Positions 25,109 through 35,721 of a stretch of 55,425 nucleotides of DNA are shown one piece after another (within the stretch, counting starts at the first letter, position 1; every line of letters starts with the position of its first letter). Source of the stretch: a virus (taxonomy: Duplodnaviria; Caudoviricetes); IMG/VR virus record IMGVR_UViG_3300037420_001739, positions 1 to 55,425 of that record. One strand, given 5' to 3'. The notes beneath the pieces are model-generated. The model had not been told where the DNA came from. It searched no databases and saw only the letters and a list, made by a program, of their open reading frames with translations. A program made the position numbers and the translations under genes.

Positions 25109-28100
25109 TTATTGGTATTTGATTTTGTAAGTCGCATTCCAATTCACAGTCGTTGAGGCTTCACCCGTTACTCTTATCCTTAATGTGCCACTACTCGCAT
25201 CAACCGTCCATGTTGCTGTTGTGAATCCCCTTAGATAATCTGCCACTTCATCAACTACCTCGTCTACCGTCACCGTTCCAGATGTACTATGCCAGTGAAT
25301 TGTTTTTTTACCGGCCAATGATTTTGAATTATCCGATTTTGAAGCCACCATGTCAACAACCAAAGTGCCGCTTGCATCACTTGGACAGGTGTATGTCGTC
25401 AATGTGGTTGCTGTAGCGTTTGTCGTTTGTGTTGAAAGTGTAAGAGCGGCATCGTTAACATAAGCATTCCAATACAGGTAGCTGTTTACAAGAATCGCCG
25501 ATTCACCAGGTGCAATAGTGAACGATGAAACTAATGAGTTGGTGTAAATACTTTCACTGGTGTTCGCTGAAATGGTAAGCGTTGCCGTTCCCCTGTTTTT
25601 AATTAAGAAAACCTCGTTGCTGCTGCTTGCTCTTGTTGGAAGTGTAAATGTTTGTGGGCTGCTACCGTTAAATACAGCTTCGTTTTCTCCATTCAATGTA
25701 TAGCTGGTAGCAGAAGCATTGATGGTGGCAAAATATCCAGCCCATGTAGTTGCAGTAGATGATGGAGTTGGAATGTTTAAAACACCGGTACCAGCATTGT
25801 ATGTTGCGGCGCCAGATGTTCCAGTAGTGGTTAATGATAATGCAGGTACCTTTTCAATATTACCTGATGTTGTATTATAAACCGCCATTGAATAACCGCC
25901 AGATGAGTAGGTTGCGGGTGTTACAGGAATATTTACCGTTCCAGCATAAGTAACTTTAAACATTGCATGATCCCATGAACCCGTACCACGGTTTGCATAC
26001 GTTTTAGCCCGCACCACAAAATCGCCATAAGTATCAAAACCGGCTGCACTACCCTGAGAGAATAAATCAATAAAGTCAGTGCCATCATCAAACGTTGCAA
26101 AAAGATTTCCGCTACTCTTATAAAGATGAAAAGTATTTATGGGTGAAGCCGTACCTATCCCCAGTTTATTATTGGCAACGTCAAGTACATTGTTTGCTCC
26201 AAAATAAATCTTTCCTTTTGTTGCATTTGATGTAGAGAATAAATAAAGATTACCACCCGAAGCTGTTGAACCGTAAATAGTATCTACAATTCCATATCCA
26301 TCAATATTAAAATTGGCAGATGTCTGTTGAGAAGTACCGTTTTTTATGTAAGACGATGAAAGGTCTGGAATGTCGCCTGCAACAAGCGAATGATTATGCC
26401 ATTTGTTATCCGATGTTTGGTATTGTGCAAACTGACCGTTAGATGGAGATGAAACGTTTACGTCTGTAAGTCCTGCAAATGTTGACGAACCACCACCACC
26501 GCCACCGCTACCGAACCAGCTTGCCATTTGCACCACTTTACCAGTAGAAGAAATTCCAAAAGGTTTGTAAGTTGAAGTATCAGAGGATGAGGAAAGCTGC
26601 TTGAAAAAAATGTCTTTTGCGCTCAAAACAATCTGAGATAAAGAACTATCTGCATCCATGGTGAATAAAGCCGTATCGATACCGTAGGTTGTTCTGAAAA
26701 TATTTCCAAATGACGAATAGGCTACTTCATTTTTATTTGACGTATAAGGATTGATACCCTCATACTCAAAGGCCATTCCGCCGCTATAACCAACCTTTAA
26801 TTGACCCCAGTAGGTTCCTAATGTATTGCCGGAAAACTTAAATGGATAGTTATTATCAACAGCGATTGAATCAATTCTTTTGATGTACCCTGCCTGATCT
26901 ACCCCAACTAATCTGTCAGATGTTCCTGCAAATGCTCCCAGTGAATCCATCTTGAATTTGGGTAGTGCAATTTCAAAGGTCTGTACAGCATTGTAGATAG
27001 CCGGTTCAAAGACAGCTAATGAATCATTCATTCGGAATTTCATCCCAATATTCCTATCGTAATTATCTGCAAGCAGAGTAATTGCATCTGGAGCCCAGGT
27101 AACTTCCGCATCCTTCCCAAATCCAGCGTTAGCAACATAACTGTCAACCTGTAACCCAGCTGCACTATCGAATTTTAGTTCGAAGTAGTTATTCATTGCT
27201 GAATCCTGAAAATCAATCTTTCTTTTTTCAGCGTAAATCTTTCTGGTAGCATCGTCAATGTAGCCGTTAGTAGTGTAAAAGTTGGGCTGTGCAGCAAAGA
27301 AGTTTGATACGGCCTGAGTGGTTGGATATTTGGTATTGTTGATCGTACTGAAATCGGTTGCCTTATTCGATAAGGATTCGGCGCCAATAAGGGTAAGTAT
27401 CTGCGAAGGCGTTCGCCTTACAAATATTCTGCTGCTATCAATTAAGAAATCATTGTTCTGTGGGTTGTTATCAAGCATCACCGCTCCATCGGTATGATAA
27501 TAGGTATTAGCAATGGTATCCTTTATTATTACCTTTTTATTGATCGGTGAAGCATAGCCGCCATCTGAAAAGCTGCCACCTGCAACATCTCCTGGAACCC
27601 ATGCCGAACCGCTCCATTTAGGTACTTGTCCTGTTGTGGCACCATTTTGAGCCAATTGGTTTAGGTTCAGATTTCCGCCAAGCGTAGAAAGCAGTACGTT
27701 TCCAGGTACGATGTCAAAATTATACCTGCGGGTTGTCGTGCTATGATTAGGTGTAACAGATATCCTTGCGGATGTAGAGAACAGGCTATCGCTTTTGAAT
27801 GCGATGGTGCTATCATTATATTGAAAGGCTACTGTATCTGCTCCTCCTGCATTGGTTAATATGTGATGCTTAAAAACAGCATCGTAAAACATTGTGGTAT
27901 CAACTATTGTTGGAAACAAACTCCCGCTATTATTGGAGAAAAGGATTTTGTTGAGACTGGGAACGGAAGAAACGCCGCTGCCGCCAGCACCAACCGGATG
28001 AGCAACCCACTTCTTATCAATGACACTCCATACCCATGTAGTATCTCCTTTTTTATTCGAGATAATGAAAGTGTACGCAGATAAAGAAGCTGGAACGGGA

Positions 28101-28186
28101 AATGTATCTATTCCAATAGCTGTTTTGTATTGAGCGTTTGAAAGAAATGAAGCCAGTAAAAAAACAAATATGATGATCCGTTTCAT
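25109..28186 (-). CDS. Long fibre-like protein with signal peptide
   Basis: Signal MKRIIIFVFLLASFLSNA-Q; GQVPKWSGSAWVP, LTDVNVSSPSNGQ..KWHN, LGIGTASP and LTTTGTSGAATYNAGTGVLNIP fibre-type motifs. Confidence 0.7.
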   Translation of the reverse strand: MKRIIIFVFLLASFLSNAQYKTAIGIDTFPVPASLSAYTFIISNKKGDTTWVWSVIDKKWVAHPVGAGGSGVSSVPSLNKILFSNNSGSLFPTIVDTTMFYDAVFKHHILTNAGGADTVAFQYNDSTIAFKSDSLFSTSARISVTPNHSTTTRRYNFDIVPGNVLLSTLGGNLNLNQLAQNGATTGQVPKWSGSAWVPGDVAGGSFSDGGYASPINKKVIIKDTIANTYYHTDGAVMLDNNPQNNDFLIDSSRIFVRRTPSQILTLIGAESLSNKATDFSTINNTKYPTTQAVSNFFAAQPNFYTTNGYIDDATRKIYAEKRKIDFQDSAMNNYFELKFDSAAGLQVDSYVANAGFGKDAEVTWAPDAITLLADNYDRNIGMKFRMNDSLAVFEPAIYNAVQTFEIALPKFKMDSLGAFAGTSDRLVGVDQAGYIKRIDSIAVDNNYPFKFSGNTLGTYWGQLKVGYSGGMAFEYEGINPYTSNKNEVAYSSFGNIFRTTYGIDTALFTMDADSSLSQIVLSAKDIFFKQLSSSSDTSTYKPFGISSTGKVVQMASWFGSGGGGGGSSTFAGLTDVNVSSPSNGQFAQYQTSDNKWHNHSLVAGDIPDLSSSYIKNGTSQQTSANFNIDGYGIVDTIYGSTASGGNLYLFSTSNATKGKIYFGANNVLDVANNKLGIGTASPINTFHLYKSSGNLFATFDDGTDFIDLFSQGSAAGFDTYGDFVVRAKTYANRGTGSWDHAMFKVTYAGTVNIPVTPATYSSGGYSMAVYNTTSGNIEKVPALSLTTTGTSGAATYNAGTGVLNIPTPSSTATTWAGYFATINASATSYTLNGENEAVFNGSSPQTFTLPTRASSSNEVFLIKNRGTATLTISANTSESIYTNSLVSSFTIAPGESAILVNSYLYWNAYVNDAALTLSTQTTNATATTLTTYTCPSDASGTLVVDMVASKSDNSKSLAGKKTIHWHSTSGTVTVDEVVDEVADYLRGFTTATWTVDASSGTLRIRVTGEASTTVNWNATYKIKYQ

Positions 28187-28188
28187 AA

Positions 28189-29466
28189 TTAAACTTTGAT
28201 TGTCCAGTAAACACCTATGTTCACCGGCCTTGTTTCAGTTCCCTGTTTCGGGCTGATGTCAAATACATGGAGAAGGTCAAATTCCTGTCCTGTAGAATTC
28301 ACACTATCAACCGAAGAGGCGATCGTACCTGTCCCCGTCACTTTAACTCCCTTCACACCGGAAGAAATATTTAAAGATTCGTCCTGGAAGCCACCCGGAT
28401 TATTAAAAGGTCTCCCCGTATCGCCGGTTTTAATTCCACGCAAAAAACCGTTGGTTAAATCAGGAAGTTGGATGTATGTCGAATCAACATCCACCCAACA
28501 ACCTTTATATTTTTGAGGGTCGGAATCGTAGGTAGCTTTATCGATAAAGGAAGCGCCTAGACTTTGCGCCACTTCAAGAGCCCTTCTGTATTTTGCTTTT
28601 TCTATTTGCTGCCCGTTGCAATTGAGTTCATTCAGGCCGACTTTGTAAGAGGCCCGTGGATAGGCCACAAGCTCATTATACATTTTTGCAAAATCCTGAT
28701 TGATCACATAATAGCCATCGTCTGAGCGGTATAACCATAATACCTCACCCGCTCTCATGTAAAGAGCACCATAGGAAGTATTATTCATGTATATATTTTG
28801 CCCGGTCGATGTCTGAATTTTATGCTCCACCGTGTTGTTGATCATGGCCTCAATGACGATAATAGTATTATCCGGCACATCACCTACATCAGCCAGGGTT
28901 ATTGTAAGCTGGGTAGAACCGCCTCTTAACTGAAGCAGTTTATTGACATGATTCACTACATCATAGGTAATGTTCGTTGAGACCGAAACCGAACCAATGA
29001 TTAAAGGCTTCACATCATTTGAGGTGACAGGAGCGCCGCCAACCAGGGAATATAGCATTAGCTCGTAACGAGTCCCCTCCACTAAAACTTCACCAGTTTT
29101 TAAGAGCTTAAAGCCTCCCCCATTCAGAATTTGGTATTCGCTTGTTTTGTAAATAACTCCGTTGGGTGCACGAAGCTTGAAATTCTTTCCTGCCAGCTCT
29201 GGGATGGATGCTGTATCACTTCCGGCAGCACTTTCAGGAACATCATAAATGTAGGTATCGCCATTAATAACAGGGGTGAACGTTCCCGCACCAACACCGT
29301 TCACAATATCAACTAAGTCTTGAACAGTAAATTTCAGTGTCTTGTTCACGTCTGGCTTGAATAGCAGCATTTCATCCGAATTGGCCAGTGGGCCATAGGA
29401 CAAATAATCCGGCAATTCATGAACCGTCGTTGTTTGTATATCCTGATCGAGTGTAAGAGTGGGCAT
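28189..29466 (-). CDS. Tail fibre/collar-domain protein
   Basis: LPDLTNGFLRG..GGFQDE..ETRPVNIGVYWTIKV tail-collar-type C-terminus; no signal peptide. Confidence 0.75.
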   Translation of the reverse strand: MPTLTLDQDIQTTTVHELPDYLSYGPLANSDEMLLFKPDVNKTLKFTVQDLVDIVNGVGAGTFTPVINGDTYIYDVPESAAGSDTASIPELAGKNFKLRAPNGVIYKTSEYQILNGGGFKLLKTGEVLVEGTRYELMLYSLVGGAPVTSNDVKPLIIGSVSVSTNITYDVVNHVNKLLQLRGGSTQLTITLADVGDVPDNTIIVIEAMINNTVEHKIQTSTGQNIYMNNTSYGALYMRAGEVLWLYRSDDGYYVINQDFAKMYNELVAYPRASYKVGLNELNCNGQQIEKAKYRRALEVAQSLGASFIDKATYDSDPQKYKGCWVDVDSTYIQLPDLTNGFLRGIKTGDTGRPFNNPGGFQDESLNISSGVKGVKVTGTGTIASSVDSVNSTGQEFDLLHVFDISPKQGTETRPVNIGVYWTIKV

Positions 29467-29475
29467 TACCCTTGC

Positions 29476-29535
29476 AAACTATAACCTATCAAAATCAGGA
29501 TTCTTCTAAATACAGAAACTTGCTAATTAGTTACT
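29476..29535 (-). promoter_or_regulatory. Putative late promoter 2
   Basis: + strand AAACTATA at 29476 and inverted repeat AGAAACT-N7-TAGTTACT at 29514; same motif and 38-bp offset as 41629/41667. Confidence 0.6.
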
Positions 29536-29538
29536 AGA

Positions 29539-31098
29539 TTAAACCTTCTTGTAAATTTTGTCCGTATTATTGTCTATGTACAGTTGTGACATACCTGTTA
29601 CATCTGTGGTCTCCGGAAGGCTCATTCTGCCATTGAACAAAAGACCGCTTTTTAATGTTGTGGTGATCTGGCTAACATTTGCCTGTGTGGATGCTACATT
29701 GCTTTGAATGGCCTGAACGGTCCCCTGTGGCACGCCATCGGAAAGGGTCAGTGCATACTTATTTTCTTCTACAATGTTCCTGGATGTAGATACGATCCTG
29801 ATCTTCCTGTCGATTTCCAAATCATCATCCTTTACCCAAATCATGTCCCCAATGGAGAATTCAAGGTTGTTGTTCCTAACATAAATTGGATCAAGATTAA
29901 TTGAGAAGCTGAATCTCGGCACTGAATACTGCAGCAGGTAGTCGGCTGCAGCAGCGAAAAGCTTCTGTTCCGCCTCTGTAATATATGTCGCGGGTAGCTT
30001 TATATCGACAAAAACGTACTGATCCCCAATTTCAGGCCGCAATAAATTACTCGGAACGTCAATGGATGTTTCATCCTTGTTTTTTAACAGCGTAATCGTT
30101 TTAGTGCCGTTGTCCCATGCGCCAATCTCAAAAGTGTACCCCGCAAGCTGACCGGTGTTAAAAACCACCTTCGGAGATAGCCCCGGCAGCAGGTTGGCAA
30201 AAAGGTCGAAGTTTATGGTCGTATCGGTGAACTTGAAAAAATTGGTGGCGTCAACTCCGGTAACCTTTCCCGTTCTTTTCGGATATATGTCTTCAAAAAT
30301 AACCACCTGCTCGATGACGCCATATGTCGTTTCATTGTTGGATATTCTGTTAAATGGATAGTTTGATTTTAACCGCAGACTTCCGTAATCAGATGGAATG
30401 TTTTTGTCACCACCGTATGGAAATACCACTGTGATAAGCCTTGAATTATCAGCGGCTTGTCTTGTGATATCGTAAAGCCCCCTTCTCCTTCCATGCTTTA
30501 GGGTGATACTGGTGTCATTAATAACTTTGGCCACATAGATCTTTTTCCCTGTCACCCACCATTCAGTACCAAACGCCTCTGCTATCTTGGAAAGGGCCGA
30601 AAGGCAGTTGTCATTTGCAAAGGTGATTGTTTTGTAGTCTGTGGTCAATACATCAGGGGCAGACCAGTGATCATAGGTTAATCCCGGAGGACCAAAGTTG
30701 GTATTATCAGTGATCCATCTTTCCGTATTTAACAACAGAAGGTCGATAAAGGTTTGGGCCGTGCCGGTAACAGAAAATTCAGGTTCACGAAGTAGATTAT
30801 CTTCACCCAAAAAGAAATACTGGATCTTTTCAAGCTCTGAAGCGAAGCTTTTCAGCGTCAGGGTGTATTTGTAGTTGAATTTTGTTTCTTTCGTAACCGG
30901 TGGCGGATTTTCAGCCAGAATATACCGTTCTCCAAAAACGGTACACCAATCGCCGACCTTAAATTTCGCCTCGTGATCAAGCTCAAAACTCAACTGAATA
31001 TTATTATCGCCCATCACCGCCTTCACCTGAACGCTGTTGTCATCAGGCTTTACGGTGATATATTTGTCATTATACCTGTATATGTCGATTGAATGCAT
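29539..31098 (-). CDS. Tail tip / baseplate hub (Tal-like) protein
   Basis: Position after Dit; LSALSKIAEAFGTEWW, PYGGDKNIP, FEDIYPKRTG, FNTGQLAGYTFEI motifs typical of Bacteroidota siphovirus tail proteins. Confidence 0.8.
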   Translation of the reverse strand: MHSIDIYRYNDKYITVKPDDNSVQVKAVMGDNNIQLSFELDHEAKFKVGDWCTVFGERYILAENPPPVTKETKFNYKYTLTLKSFASELEKIQYFFLGEDNLLREPEFSVTGTAQTFIDLLLLNTERWITDNTNFGPPGLTYDHWSAPDVLTTDYKTITFANDNCLSALSKIAEAFGTEWWVTGKKIYVAKVINDTSITLKHGRRRGLYDITRQAADNSRLITVVFPYGGDKNIPSDYGSLRLKSNYPFNRISNNETTYGVIEQVVIFEDIYPKRTGKVTGVDATNFFKFTDTTINFDLFANLLPGLSPKVVFNTGQLAGYTFEIGAWDNGTKTITLLKNKDETSIDVPSNLLRPEIGDQYVFVDIKLPATYITEAEQKLFAAAADYLLQYSVPRFSFSINLDPIYVRNNNLEFSIGDMIWVKDDDLEIDRKIRIVSTSRNIVEENKYALTLSDGVPQGTVQAIQSNVASTQANVSQITTTLKSGLLFNGRMSLPETTDVTGMSQLYIDNNTDKIYKKV

Positions 31099-31099
31099 G

Positions 31100-31603
31100 C
31101 TAGGAGATTAAGAATTTACCATCTTCGGTTACTATGTAAACATTACCAGGATAAATTTTCGGTTCCGGCTCAACTACTACCATTGAAAATCGATGAATAA
31201 TGTCATATTGAGCGAGCGGGTTCCCGGGCCTCAGCTCATGCCTTCCAACCTGGCTGTAGTTGTTGGTTTCTTTGTAGAAAATGTAATAAGACCTATCGTT
31301 GTGAGCAGCAATCTCCAACCGCCTGAGGCCTGGCTTCTTCCAAAGGTTTATAAAAGCATCGTGGCGGTCAAAATATTGCTGCGTGCTGTTCGCAATGATA
31401 ACGAAGCTTAGCACACCTTCGTTTTGACCTAAAAAAATTCTTTGTAGATCAACATCAATACCATCGCTATCTCCCCAGTCGTGCGTTGTGGATTCTTTCT
31501 TTGGTGGATATTTCAAGAAGTCGGCGCTTCCTTCGCTAAGCAATATGCCGTAGGTAGTCCAAAGATCGATGCCGTCTATTCTCCAAAGTCCCGTTGGATT
31601 CAT
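31100..31603 (-). CDS. Distal tail protein (Dit-like)
   Basis: IDGIDLWTTYGI..HDWGDSDGIDVD; lies between the tape measure and tail tip genes. Confidence 0.7.
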   Translation of the reverse strand: MNPTGLWRIDGIDLWTTYGILLSEGSADFLKYPPKKESTTHDWGDSDGIDVDLQRIFLGQNEGVLSFVIIANSTQQYFDRHDAFINLWKKPGLRRLEIAAHNDRSYYIFYKETNNYSQVGRHELRPGNPLAQYDIIHRFSMVVVEPEPKIYPGNVYIVTEDGKFLIS

Positions 31604-31615
31604 GTTGTGTTTATT

Positions 31616-34600
31616 TTAAATGGTCCACTTTTTAGTCCCCGTAGTTACGTCAAACATCAGCTGGTACATTCGTTTAATCTCGGTAACAGTTGATGCGGTA
31701 TTGTTTTCAATATTGAGGTGAACATCGAGCGTTCTTTTTGCTATGGAAAGCTGCTCTATCGCCGTAATTCTCAACCCTCCCATCTGGCCAGCTAAAAGTT
31801 CCGCCGTCTGTTCGGTCATTGATTTGATGGCGCCCTTTAATGAATTGGTATCGGCAGTCGATGATTGCAGGTTAATGCCTGATATCTGCTCAAACTGCTG
31901 GACCTTGGCATCGAAATCGGCAATCGAAGAATTGAATAGATTCTTCAAGTTATCGATCTCGCTTGCTGTTAGCGTGTTCCCGCTTTCAGATGCTTTGGCA
32001 AATTCATCGAAGAAGGTTTTTAACGCCGGCTCCAGGTACTGAAACTTTAAAGAAGATATCATCGCCTGCCGCATGAGGTCTTCAAACGTTCCTGCGAAAT
32101 CTGCTGCACTGTGCAATCCATTTTTGAAGCCATCCGAAATGGAATCAACTATCGAACTGAATGTTGTTCCGGTAAATATTTCATCAAGCTTCTGCTGATT
32201 TTCTTCAAGAACAGCATTGATATCCTGCCCCTCTTGTTTTAATTTGAGCAGCTGCTCAAAAATTGCTTTTGCTTTATCAGTAAGCTGGCCCTTGTTAAAC
32301 AACTCTTCGATCTGATCAAATGTTTTGCCCGCAAGCGACTCAAATGCATCTTTAGCGGCGGATCCTTTTCCAAAAAGAAGTTTAAAGGGGTTGATCTCAA
32401 TTTTCTTTCCCTTAATAAATTGCTCATTCTGCAGTTGTGCAAAGAGCTGGTCGAATTCCTGTTGGTTGGCTGTCTTTTGCTGCTGGAGTTCTTTTTTTTG
32501 TGCCTCTAATCCGTCAAGCGTCAGTTTGTTATTTAATATCAGTTGTCTTTCCCGTTCCCGAAGAAGTTCCTGGTACTGAATCTCCCCGGTGATCAATTGA
32601 GCATTAAATTGATGCACCTGGTCTGTGGCCTCTTTTAATTTTCGGGTTACCTGTTTGGCAAGATTTACTATGACGGAAACAACTTTGAAAACTGCGTCAA
32701 CTATTCCTGTAATAGAGGTGAGCGATTTTAGAAGGTCGCCACTTCCTTTATTTTCATTGAATGTTTTCAGCGCTTTCGCAAGGTCGATAGACCCACTTAC
32801 TAAATTTGACATCGTTCCCAATGCGTTAGATAGCTCTTCGCTGAATGGCTGTACCGCACTGGCCAGCGTATCAAGATTTCCCTTTATGGTACCCGCTTTG
32901 TCTATAAACTCGTCGAGTTCAGCGTTGGAATCGCTGATAGAATTTTCCAGATCTTTCCATTCGTCAATTGCCGCTTTTATGGCATCCTTTGTTTTTTTGT
33001 CAAGGTTAGAGCTTTGCAACAATTTTTCAAGCGCCTCAATCTCTTCCTGGATTCTTTGTTTGGTGAACGATACGATATTTTGATGTAAGGCCCGGTACCC
33101 TTTTGTTTGGGCGGCAAGGCTTTGTCCTAACGCCTTGAGGTTTTCGTCTTTGGCTTCCTTGATAACCTGAAGCCTGTCCTCCAGCTCCTGACCGTTAAAA
33201 TCCTTCTTTAATTCAGCAACGTCTTTTTCATACTGCTTTTCGTAGTCCAATCTTTTTTGTGAGAAGGATGCCGTTTCAGTCAATAGTCGCTTTAAGTTTT
33301 CAAGTCTTTCCTTGAAAAGATCTTCCTCATTTTTTTTCTGGGCTTCCGACATGGCTTTGGTGATAGCCTCCATCCTGCCCGGGTTGATCAGATTAATATT
33401 TTTCTTCGCTTCTGCTTCCAAGAAAGACGTAAACGAGGTGAAGCCCTTGGTTTGCTCGGAGAAAATTTCCTGCGCTTTTTCAAGGCCAATATCCTTTACT
33501 GACTGCTGAAAGTCCTCGAATATTTTCTTTTGTGCTTCCAGGTCATTTTTAAATATCTCGGAACCCTGCTTAATCAATGCTGTATTGCCAATCTCCTTAT
33601 TTCGGGTATCATTTACGGCTGCAAAATCAAGGAGGCCGAATTTCTGAACATTGGTATTGTTCTTACGATTGAATTCATCCGTTTTCCGGTTGAATTCAAC
33701 GATCTTGTCAATTAGATTATCGTACTTCTCATTGATCTTGTCCAGTTCCGATTGTTCCTTTGTTAATCCTGATTGTTTGGCATCGCGTTGAAGAGCAGCC
33801 AACTGCTCCAAAATACTTTTCCGCTCATTGAGAATGGTATTTGTCTCACTCTCCAGTTTATTCGATTCAGCGATTTCATGTTTCGTGGCACCAGCGATTC
33901 TCTTTCGCTCATCTTCAAGTGAATTGATCTTTTTTTGATGCTCTTGGAATTCTTTTGAATTGGTGGAAAGTTCCTCCTGGGCTTTTTTTTCAGCGGCTAT
34001 CTCATCGTCGATAACTTTAAGGGTACGCTTTTTTGCTTCCTGAGTATTGCTTTCGGCTTTTACTTGTGTTTCACCAAGTTCTTTTGACACCTTCATCTGA
34101 CTCTCAAGATCTTCATTCGTAATTCTTAGTTTAGTCTCAAGACCAATAATTTCACCTTCCAATCCCAAATCGAAATTTTCTCCCTCCCCCTGTTTTTTGT
34201 TTAACTCGTCAATCCTTTTTTGCAGCCTTTGTTTTTCGGCAACAAATTTATTTTCGTTTTTAATACTTGCTTCAAGCGCATCTTTGTTAGCTTCTAACGC
34301 AAACTGCTTACGCAGAGAATTTAGATAGTTATCTACATTGGCAGCTAAATTCTGATAGGAAATAGTTTTTGCATCGATGCCTTTTACAATTTCTGGATCA
34401 ATTGCTTTAAGCTGATTATAAATATTTACTCTTTCCTGCTCTGATAAGTTGGCGTTTTTTAAAGCATCTATGTACGGACGAATCTTTGCTTCAGCGTCTG
34501 ATAACTTATCTCCAATTTTATCCTGAGCATCGGCAAGCAACTCAGATTTTGTTTTTACGTCTGATGCTGTTTTCCCGTATACCAGCAATGCTGTTACCAA

Positions 34601-35668
34601 TGCTGCTACTCCGGTAGCCACAAGCACATACGGATTTTTGAGAAGAGTCTTATTGAGAAGCGCTGAAACCTTTTCGCTGATAAGCATTGCCTGATATCGC
34701 AGTGTTTCAGCGACGGTATATCCATTAGCAGCGGCAGTGGCAAATTTTGTGGCGATTGTAGTCGCAAGAACTGCGGCTTTGTAGGTTCCGTACGTGGCAG
34801 CCAAAACCTTCAATATATCAAGAACGTCCTGATAATGTTCTACTAAAGAACTAGCAGCGCTGATAGTGTCTGCGAAAACACCTTCACCGCTTTTCCCGAT
34901 CTCGTTCAGCATCTTGGTCCATGCGTCAGACAGATTGGATAATTGGCCGGTAAGCGTTTTTGACTGTGCATCCATCAATCCTCCAAACTTGGAGCCCTCA
35001 GCAGTCATGTTTTTAAAAGCCTGTTCAATTTCTGGGAAACCTACTTTACCTGCAGTGATAAAATCACCTACCTGGTTAACATTCACTTTTAGCACCTTGG
35101 CCAATTCTTCATAAATGGGAATACCACGCTGCGCAAACTGCCTTACGTCCTGTGTAAGTGCAACGCCCTGCGTTTTGATCGTTCCGAATAAATAAGCGAT
35201 ATCACCCAACGGCGCACCAATGCCGGCAGAAACATCACCAAGTTCCCTCAAAGTATCAATTACATTATCTGATGAAATTCCAAACGCTAATAGTTGCTTG
35301 GTGGCGCCAGCCACTTGATCAAGCTCGAACGGGGTTGTTGCTGCAAATTCAGCTACCTGGTGCATCAGCTTATCGGACTTTTCTTTACTGCCCAACATGG
35401 TAGTAAAGGCTACTTCCAATTGCTGGAACTCTCCGCGAACACGAACAATGTCACCAATAAACTGGGATCCTGCCGTGAGAGATAAATAAGATCCAATGGC
35501 TACGGAAGCACTTCGGGCAAATCCTTCAATGGCGTCAGATTGCTCCCTTGCTGTTTGGGTAATTCCCTGCAAGCTGGCCTCCATTCGATTTAGTTGCGCC
35601 TGGAATTGCTGCATATTAATAACCGCATCGAACTCCAGAGCCCCGCCTTTTACGTTGACATTACCCAT
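31616..35668 (-). CDS. Tape measure protein
   Basis: 1350 aa, helical; FAATTPFEL..GATKQLLAFG and GIPIYEELA tape-measure domain. Confidence 0.95.
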   Translation of the reverse strand: MGNVNVKGGALEFDAVINMQQFQAQLNRMEASLQGITQTAREQSDAIEGFARSASVAIGSYLSLTAGSQFIGDIVRVRGEFQQLEVAFTTMLGSKEKSDKLMHQVAEFAATTPFELDQVAGATKQLLAFGISSDNVIDTLRELGDVSAGIGAPLGDIAYLFGTIKTQGVALTQDVRQFAQRGIPIYEELAKVLKVNVNQVGDFITAGKVGFPEIEQAFKNMTAEGSKFGGLMDAQSKTLTGQLSNLSDAWTKMLNEIGKSGEGVFADTISAASSLVEHYQDVLDILKVLAATYGTYKAAVLATTIATKFATAAANGYTVAETLRYQAMLISEKVSALLNKTLLKNPYVLVATGVAALVTALLVYGKTASDVKTKSELLADAQDKIGDKLSDAEAKIRPYIDALKNANLSEQERVNIYNQLKAIDPEIVKGIDAKTISYQNLAANVDNYLNSLRKQFALEANKDALEASIKNENKFVAEKQRLQKRIDELNKKQGEGENFDLGLEGEIIGLETKLRITNEDLESQMKVSKELGETQVKAESNTQEAKKRTLKVIDDEIAAEKKAQEELSTNSKEFQEHQKKINSLEDERKRIAGATKHEIAESNKLESETNTILNERKSILEQLAALQRDAKQSGLTKEQSELDKINEKYDNLIDKIVEFNRKTDEFNRKNNTNVQKFGLLDFAAVNDTRNKEIGNTALIKQGSEIFKNDLEAQKKIFEDFQQSVKDIGLEKAQEIFSEQTKGFTSFTSFLEAEAKKNINLINPGRMEAITKAMSEAQKKNEEDLFKERLENLKRLLTETASFSQKRLDYEKQYEKDVAELKKDFNGQELEDRLQVIKEAKDENLKALGQSLAAQTKGYRALHQNIVSFTKQRIQEEIEALEKLLQSSNLDKKTKDAIKAAIDEWKDLENSISDSNAELDEFIDKAGTIKGNLDTLASAVQPFSEELSNALGTMSNLVSGSIDLAKALKTFNENKGSGDLLKSLTSITGIVDAVFKVVSVIVNLAKQVTRKLKEATDQVHQFNAQLITGEIQYQELLRERERQLILNNKLTLDGLEAQKKELQQQKTANQQEFDQLFAQLQNEQFIKGKKIEINPFKLLFGKGSAAKDAFESLAGKTFDQIEELFNKGQLTDKAKAIFEQLLKLKQEGQDINAVLEENQQKLDEIFTGTTFSSIVDSISDGFKNGLHSAADFAGTFEDLMRQAMISSLKFQYLEPALKTFFDEFAKASESGNTLTASEIDNLKNLFNSSIADFDAKVQQFEQISGINLQSSTADTNSLKGAIKSMTEQTAELLAGQMGGLRITAIEQLSIAKRTLDVHLNIENNTASTVTEIKRMYQLMFDVTTGTKKWTI

Positions 35669-35721
35669 TTAATAAGTTTTTAATAAATATTTTAACTTTC
35701 AGCCCTTAATTTGGATAGCTT

